64,000 nt of DNA from Felis catus. Its lineage: Eukaryota. Positions 58,979 to 64,000 of the stretch are shown piece after piece. The number at the start of each line of letters is the position of its first letter. Position 1 is the stretch's first letter. Under the pieces are notes generated by a model, which ran no database searches, had not been told where the DNA came from, and was given only the letters and a program-made list of their open reading frames with translations. The DNA is taken from NCBI RefSeq assembly GCF_018350175.1, contig NC_058368.1:620001-684000 (forward strand). The letters run 5' to 3'. The translations under genes were made by a program, and so were the position numbers.

Positions 58979-59161
58979 TACGGGTATTAAGTACTCCCAC
59001 CCGGGAGAGACCGATGGCACAGGCTCCTGGCTGTCTGTGATGTAGCCCTTGGAAAGTGTGCGGACTTACACAGAAAAGACTTCTCCTTGTCGGAAGCACC
59101 ACCAGGTTATGACAGTGTCCATGGGGTTCGAGCAACAGCCACTGTCACCACGGACTTCGAG
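58979..59161 (+). CDS. PARP4: PARP4 exon 13, frameshifted as assembled (1-bp deletion at about 59020)
   Basis: The 5' part TGIKYSHPGETDG and the 3' part RLLAVCDVALGKCADLHRKDFSLSEAPPGYDSVHGV...TTDFE lie in different frames. The exon is 183 nt, but its phase 2-to-0 position needs 3n+1 nt. The incoming frame hits TAG at 59043-59045. Confidence 0.9.
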
Positions 59162-59352
59162 GTATTTATTTCAAGAAACAAGCAGAGAGCTCCTGTTTTT
59201 ATTGAATATGCTTAAGTTTAAATAATTATTGCATATTTATGGCTGCCTGAATTCAATATTTTCTAGATTAGCAAACCTGCAAATCTGCTTTTCTGAAAAC
59301 ATTTGCCAATAAAGGATTTGTCCCCATACCTATTAATTTCTGTTGGTTCTAG

Positions 59353-59509
59353 GATGATGAATTTGTTGTGTATAAAACCAATCAGATTAAATTGAAATAT
59401 ATCATTAAATTTTGCCTACCTGGAGATGAAATAAAGGACTTTCATCCTTGTAATACTACTGAATTAGAAGAATCCAGACCTGAGTTTTCAAATTTTTCAA
59501 AGGTTGAAG
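59353..59509 (+). CDS. PARP4: PARP4 exon 14 (catalytic Glu, DDEFVVY)
   Basis: DDEFVVYKTNQIKLKYIIKFCLPGDEIKDFHPCNTTELEESRPEFSNFSKVE. AG/GT, 157 nt. Confidence 0.93.
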
Positions 59510-60962
59510 GTAAGACAATTTTCTTGAATGCTGTTTTATGTGATATTTATAGAACTCAAACATTTTATTCTTAGAGGAATTTATGTTCATGTTCAGTAAC
59601 TGTATCTGGGAACTCATACATTAATATTCTATTTCCTTTTTTACTTTGTAGAAGTAAAAACCAGGATACTTGAGAGAGGTTAGGTGTTCTCAAAATTACA
59701 TCTTACTTTGTTAACATACCGCGTTGAACTCTCACACCTGCAGACGGCCAGGGCCACAAACCCACTGAAGCAATTTAAGATGCCAAGTGCAAGAAGTGTC
59801 AGGGGGGTTGGTGGAGTAGACAAGAGACACAGCTTTAGAACCAGGAAGCCCAGGTTCTAGTGTCGACTTGCTGATTACTAGGCTGTGCAATATGGGGCAA
59901 GCTGCATAAGCTTCTGCAGCCTCAGCTTTTCCGTTTTGAGTATGAGATCAGTACCTGCCTCAGGTGAAGGCACCCCCCCAGGTTTAATGTGCAGCTTAGT
60001 AGAAATACATGAGAGGATGGGAGCTTCTCAGAAAATCAGAAGCCCACACTATTTATAACATTTATTATAGCGTTGTCAAAACACATTAACATTTTCAACT
60101 GTGGTCCAATTATTTTTTATCAGAAATGTATGACTTCACGTATAAGCAAATGACTCCTGTTTTCTGTCCTAGAGCCGTTAAATTAAATATCTGGCAAGAG
60201 AGTATATATTTACATATCTAACTATATGTGTATTCTTGTACCACCTGGTATAGAAGGGGAGCTTTTTTTTTTCATATGCTATATTAGAACTTTGATTTAG
60301 CGGGGCGTCTGGGTGGCTCAGTCGGTTAAGCGTCTGACTTCGGCTCAGGTCGTGATCTCCTAGTCTGTGAGCTCAAGCCCCACATCAGGCTCTGTGCTGA
60401 CAGCTCAGAGCCTGGAGCCTGCTTCAGATTCTGTGTCTCCCTCTCCCTCTGCCCCTCCCCTGCTTTTATTTTATTAAAAATATTGTTTTTTAAACTTTGA
60501 TTCAGTGTTCCTTGGGTTGAATGTCTAAGCAGTCTCATATTGGTCTTACATGCCTCTGTGGCACAATAAATGGTAGTGACCAATCAAAATTGCAGGCCAA
60601 GGAATGCATTATCTAGATTCATGCATAAACTACACTTATTTAAATAGTCTTAAGACTTGTGTGCTTGTGTATATGTTTAAATGTATGTCTTTCAAGTAAT
60701 TGCATGATTCTAAATTTTCAAGATCACTCCTCAGAATCTGTAGATTAAAAAGTTAATGTGTCTATTATAAATGCTGCCCCCATTTTTCTCATATGGGTTC
60801 ACTTACTTTACAGAATTGACTACTGAAAATCATAAAATGCTACTTGTCCATTTTTCCTAAAATATACTGTATGAAGGGGGAAGGGAAAGAAATAAAGATT
60901 AAGATAACAAAGATAGTGCAGGGATGGTCTTAAAAGCTAACATTATAATTTTTAATATGTAG

Positions 60963-61087
60963 ATTATCAGTTACAAGATGCCAAACCTTTCGGCAACATC
61001 AGGTCTGGCCTTCAGGATGTCTCTGGCAATTCAGTTCCTCTTGAGGAGGTTCACATCAAAGGAAGAATAATAGACTTTGTAGCCCAG
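60963..61087 (+). CDS. PARP4: PARP4 exon 15 (start of VIT domain); gene continues beyond the window
   Basis: (D)YQLQDAKPFGNIRSGLQDVSGNSVPLEEVHIKGRIIDFVAQ. AG/GT, 125 nt. Confidence 0.92.
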
Positions 61088-62039
61088 GTATGTCTTTGTG
61101 GGTTTATGATACTTTAAATGGATATGAGTCATAAATGACAATTTGATTATAGTTGCATGAATTAAAATGTGCATTTCTTTTTCTTTCATGTTTGTTTATT
61201 TATTTTGAGATAGAGAGAGAGAGAGACTTGTACAAGTGAAGGAGGGGCAGAGAGAGAGGGAGAGATGCCCAAGCAGGCTCCACGCTGAGCCCCAACACAG
61301 GGCTCGATCTCACAACTGTGAGATCATGACCTGAACTGAAATCAAAAGCCAGAGGCTCAATGAACTGAGCCACCCAGGCACCCTGAAATGTGCATTTCTA
61401 AAATTCGTTTATTCATTGAGTACCTACTACATACCGACTGTTCCAGGCTCTAGGCATGCAGCAAGGAACAAAAGAAAAACTCTGCCCTGATGGAGCATAC
61501 ATTTTATTGGGGGATAGGCAGTAAACATTGTAAATAAACAGAGTGCATCATATGTAGATGGTGGTAGGTGCTAAAGAAGAAAGTCTAAGCAGGGGGAGCT
61601 GCAGGGGGGATGGGAGCCTCAGGAAGGGTGGGAGCCACAGGGAGGGTGGGAGCCTGGTTGGGGGGGAGGAGGTGGGAGCCGCACAGGATGGGGGGTTTGA
61701 ACTTGTAAGTAGGATGGCCAAGAAGGCCTCACTGAGGTGACACCTGAGTACAGCCATGTAGGAAGTAGGGGACTAGGTACGTGACCCGACCCCAGCAGCC
61801 CTCCTTCCAAAGCCCCCAGTGGAGCTGAGCCCAACTAACACAGCCTGCCTTCCGCTCGCACAGAGCAGCAGGGCCCTGTGCTCCTCACCCTTGCTAAAAC
61901 AGCCAGCAACATCATTGCTGAGTCTGCTGTGGACTCCCATGGCGGGGAGTAGCAGGAGGATGTGGGCCCGCCAAGGCAGTATGGTGCCTGCCTGCCTGGG
62001 CTGGGCAGCAGCCTGGACCACAGGAAGAGGTGTCACACT

Positions 62040-63255
62040 GCCCCCACCCCCAGCCAGCACACCACCTCCCCCCAGCCCTCCCACCAGCAGCGGCCAGCAA
62101 GCCCTCCCCACCACTGCCCCCTCCCCCAGCAAGCCTACCCCCTCCCAGCCAGCCCACCTCCTCCCCTCCAGCCCTCCCACCACCTCCCCCCAGCCAGCCC
62201 ACCAGTGCCAGCCAGCAAGCCCTCCCCACCACTGCCCCCACCCCCAGCCCCCCAACCACCTTCCCCCAGCCCTCCCACCACCTCCCCCTAGCCCTCCCAC
62301 CACCTGCCCCCCATCCAGCCCACCACCTCCCCCCCAGCCAGCCCACCACCTCCCCCCAGCCCTCCCACGACCTCCCCCCCAGCCAGCCCACCACCTCCTC
62401 CCAGCCCTCCCACCACCTCCTTCCCAGCCAGCCCACGACCTCCCCCCTCAGCCCTCCCACCACCTCCCTCCCAGCCAGCCCACCACCTCCCCCCAGCCCT
62501 CCCACAACCTCCCCCCCAGCCAGCCCACAACCTCTTCCTCCCAGCCCTCCCACCACCTCCCCCCCAGTCCTCCCACCACCTCCCCCCAGCCAGCCCACCA
62601 GTGCCAGCCAGCAAGCCCTCCCCACCACTGCCCCCACCCCCAGCCCCCCAACCACCTTCCCCCAGCCCTCCCACCACCTCCCCCTAGCCCTCCCACCACC
62701 TGCCCCCCATCCAGCCCACCACCTCCCCCCCAGCCAGCCCACCACCTCCCCCCAGCCCTCCCACGACCTCCCCCCCAGCCAGCCCACCACCTCCTCCCAG
62801 CCCTCCCACCACCTCCCTCCCAGCCAGCCCACGACCTCCCCCCTCAGCCCTCCCACCACCTCCCTCCCAACCAGCCTACCACCTCCCCCCAGCCCTCCCA
62901 CAACCTCCCCCCCAGCCAGCCCACAACCTCCTCCTCCCAGCCCTCCCACCACCTCCCCCCCAGTCCTCCCACCACCTCCCCCCAGGCAGCCCACCACCTC
63001 CCCCCCCAGCCAGCCCACCACCTCCCCCCCAGCCAGCCCACCACCTCCCCCCCAGCCAGCCCACCACCTCCTCCCAGCCCTCCCACCACCTTCCCCCAGC
63101 CAGCCCACCACCTCCCCCCACAGCCCTCCCACCACCTCCCCCCAGCCAGCCCACCAGTGCCAGCCAGCAAGCCCTCCCCACCACTGCCCCCTCCCCCAGC
63201 CAGCCCACCACCTCGCCCCAGCCCTCCTACCAGTGCCAGCCAGCAAGCCCTCCCC
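62040..63255 (+). repeat. C-rich minisatellite (units of about 20-22 bp: CCCAGCCAGCCCACCACCTCCC / CCCAGCCCTCCCACCACCTCCC) with a 396-bp higher-order duplication
   Basis: Seen directly. The marker CCAGTGCCAGCCAGCAAGCCCTCCCC recurs at about 62202, 62598, 63154 and 63231. Confidence 0.93.
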
Positions 63256-64000
63256 TTCTCTGACCTGCAGCTCTCCAGGTAGCTGCTTATGAGTACAGGA
63301 TATTTTCTCAGACCTGAGTGGACACAGAAGAGGAAGCGGGTGTGCAGTTTGGGATCCTGTGAAGAGAGGGATTCTTGGACAGCCCTTCTGCCCTGTGCAC
63401 TCCATTTCCACCCTGCCTCCCCTGGCCCCCAGCCTCAGTGCAGCTCGCACAGTACCCTGACCCCCTACTAATCGCAGAGAAGGGTGTGGAAGAGGAGAAG
63501 AGTGAGGTTGGAAGCCTGAGCAAGTGACAATGGAGCAGGGGAAGGAGAGCCACTTGGGACCGGCATTTAAAGCCCTGGGCCGGGATGGGGTGGGGGTCAA
63601 AAGGTTAGGGCCTGGTGGGTATTCACTGTCACTGGTAGAGGTACCACTTGTGAGGGTGATCCCTAGGGGAGTGTGGAACCCCTCCCCCCATTCTTACTGT
63701 TTCTCTTGGCTTCACTTTTGTCCCCCTCTCCCTGACTTGGTGCTCTAGTGCACCTCATTAGGGTTTGTGACCAGAGTTTGGATGAGTTTGAATTTGAATG
63801 AATTGAGTTTGTATTTCTAGCACCCAGGTTTTTACATGTTTGGGGTTTGGGGTGTTTTTAGGTTGTCATCCTTGATAAAGGAAGTGTATCCATCAAAAAG
63901 AAAAAGAGAAATAGGGAGCTGAACCATGTGAACATCTGGGGGTTGCTCATTCCAGGTAGAGGCAACAGCATGTGAAAGGGCCCTGTGGTGGGAGCAAGCC

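Noticed and set aside
2310..60583. Many 60-120 aa ORFs such as [13 protein letters not shown]... and MGQRETEHERGRG...
   Set aside because: They are translations of SINE sequence, not genes.
32685..61087. Calling PARP4 an established old pseudogene
   Set aside because: There is only one lesion among 14 coding exons, and the splice sites and H-Y-E residues are intact, so it cannot be distinguished from an error or a polymorphism without reads.
61773..63600. Long Pro-rich and Gly/Trp-rich ORFs (up to 562 aa) on both strands
   Set aside because: They are by-products of a stop-poor C-rich minisatellite inside a PARP4 intron: several frames are open at once and there are no recognisable domains.

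Overview
Mammalian genomic DNA from a felid, most likely Felis, judged from the many carnivore tRNA-derived SINEs of the SINEC_Fc type. It holds two head-to-head genes. CENPJ (minus strand) is represented by non-coding exon 1 near 19.0 kb and coding exons 2-4, and continues off the left edge. PARP4 (plus strand) is represented by exon 1 near 26.7 kb and coding exons 2-15, and continues off the right edge. CENPJ intron 1 carries an antisense gammaretroviral provirus (9356-16431; 4-bp TSD GCTG; LTRs differ at 7 of 321 sites). Its glyco-gag/gag frame, read-through signal and protease are open, RT/IN are broken, env is mostly deleted, and two young SINEs have inserted into it (at the 5' LTR cap site and at the PR/RT junction). 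The most notable observation is an apparent 1-bp deletion in PARP4 exon 13, within the catalytic domain. It creates a premature TAG at 59043-59045 while all other exons are intact, so it is either a real null allele/recent pseudogenisation or an assembly error. The rest is TE-rich intron with a C-rich minisatellite at about 62-63.3 kb. All calls were made by eye; no database searches were run.
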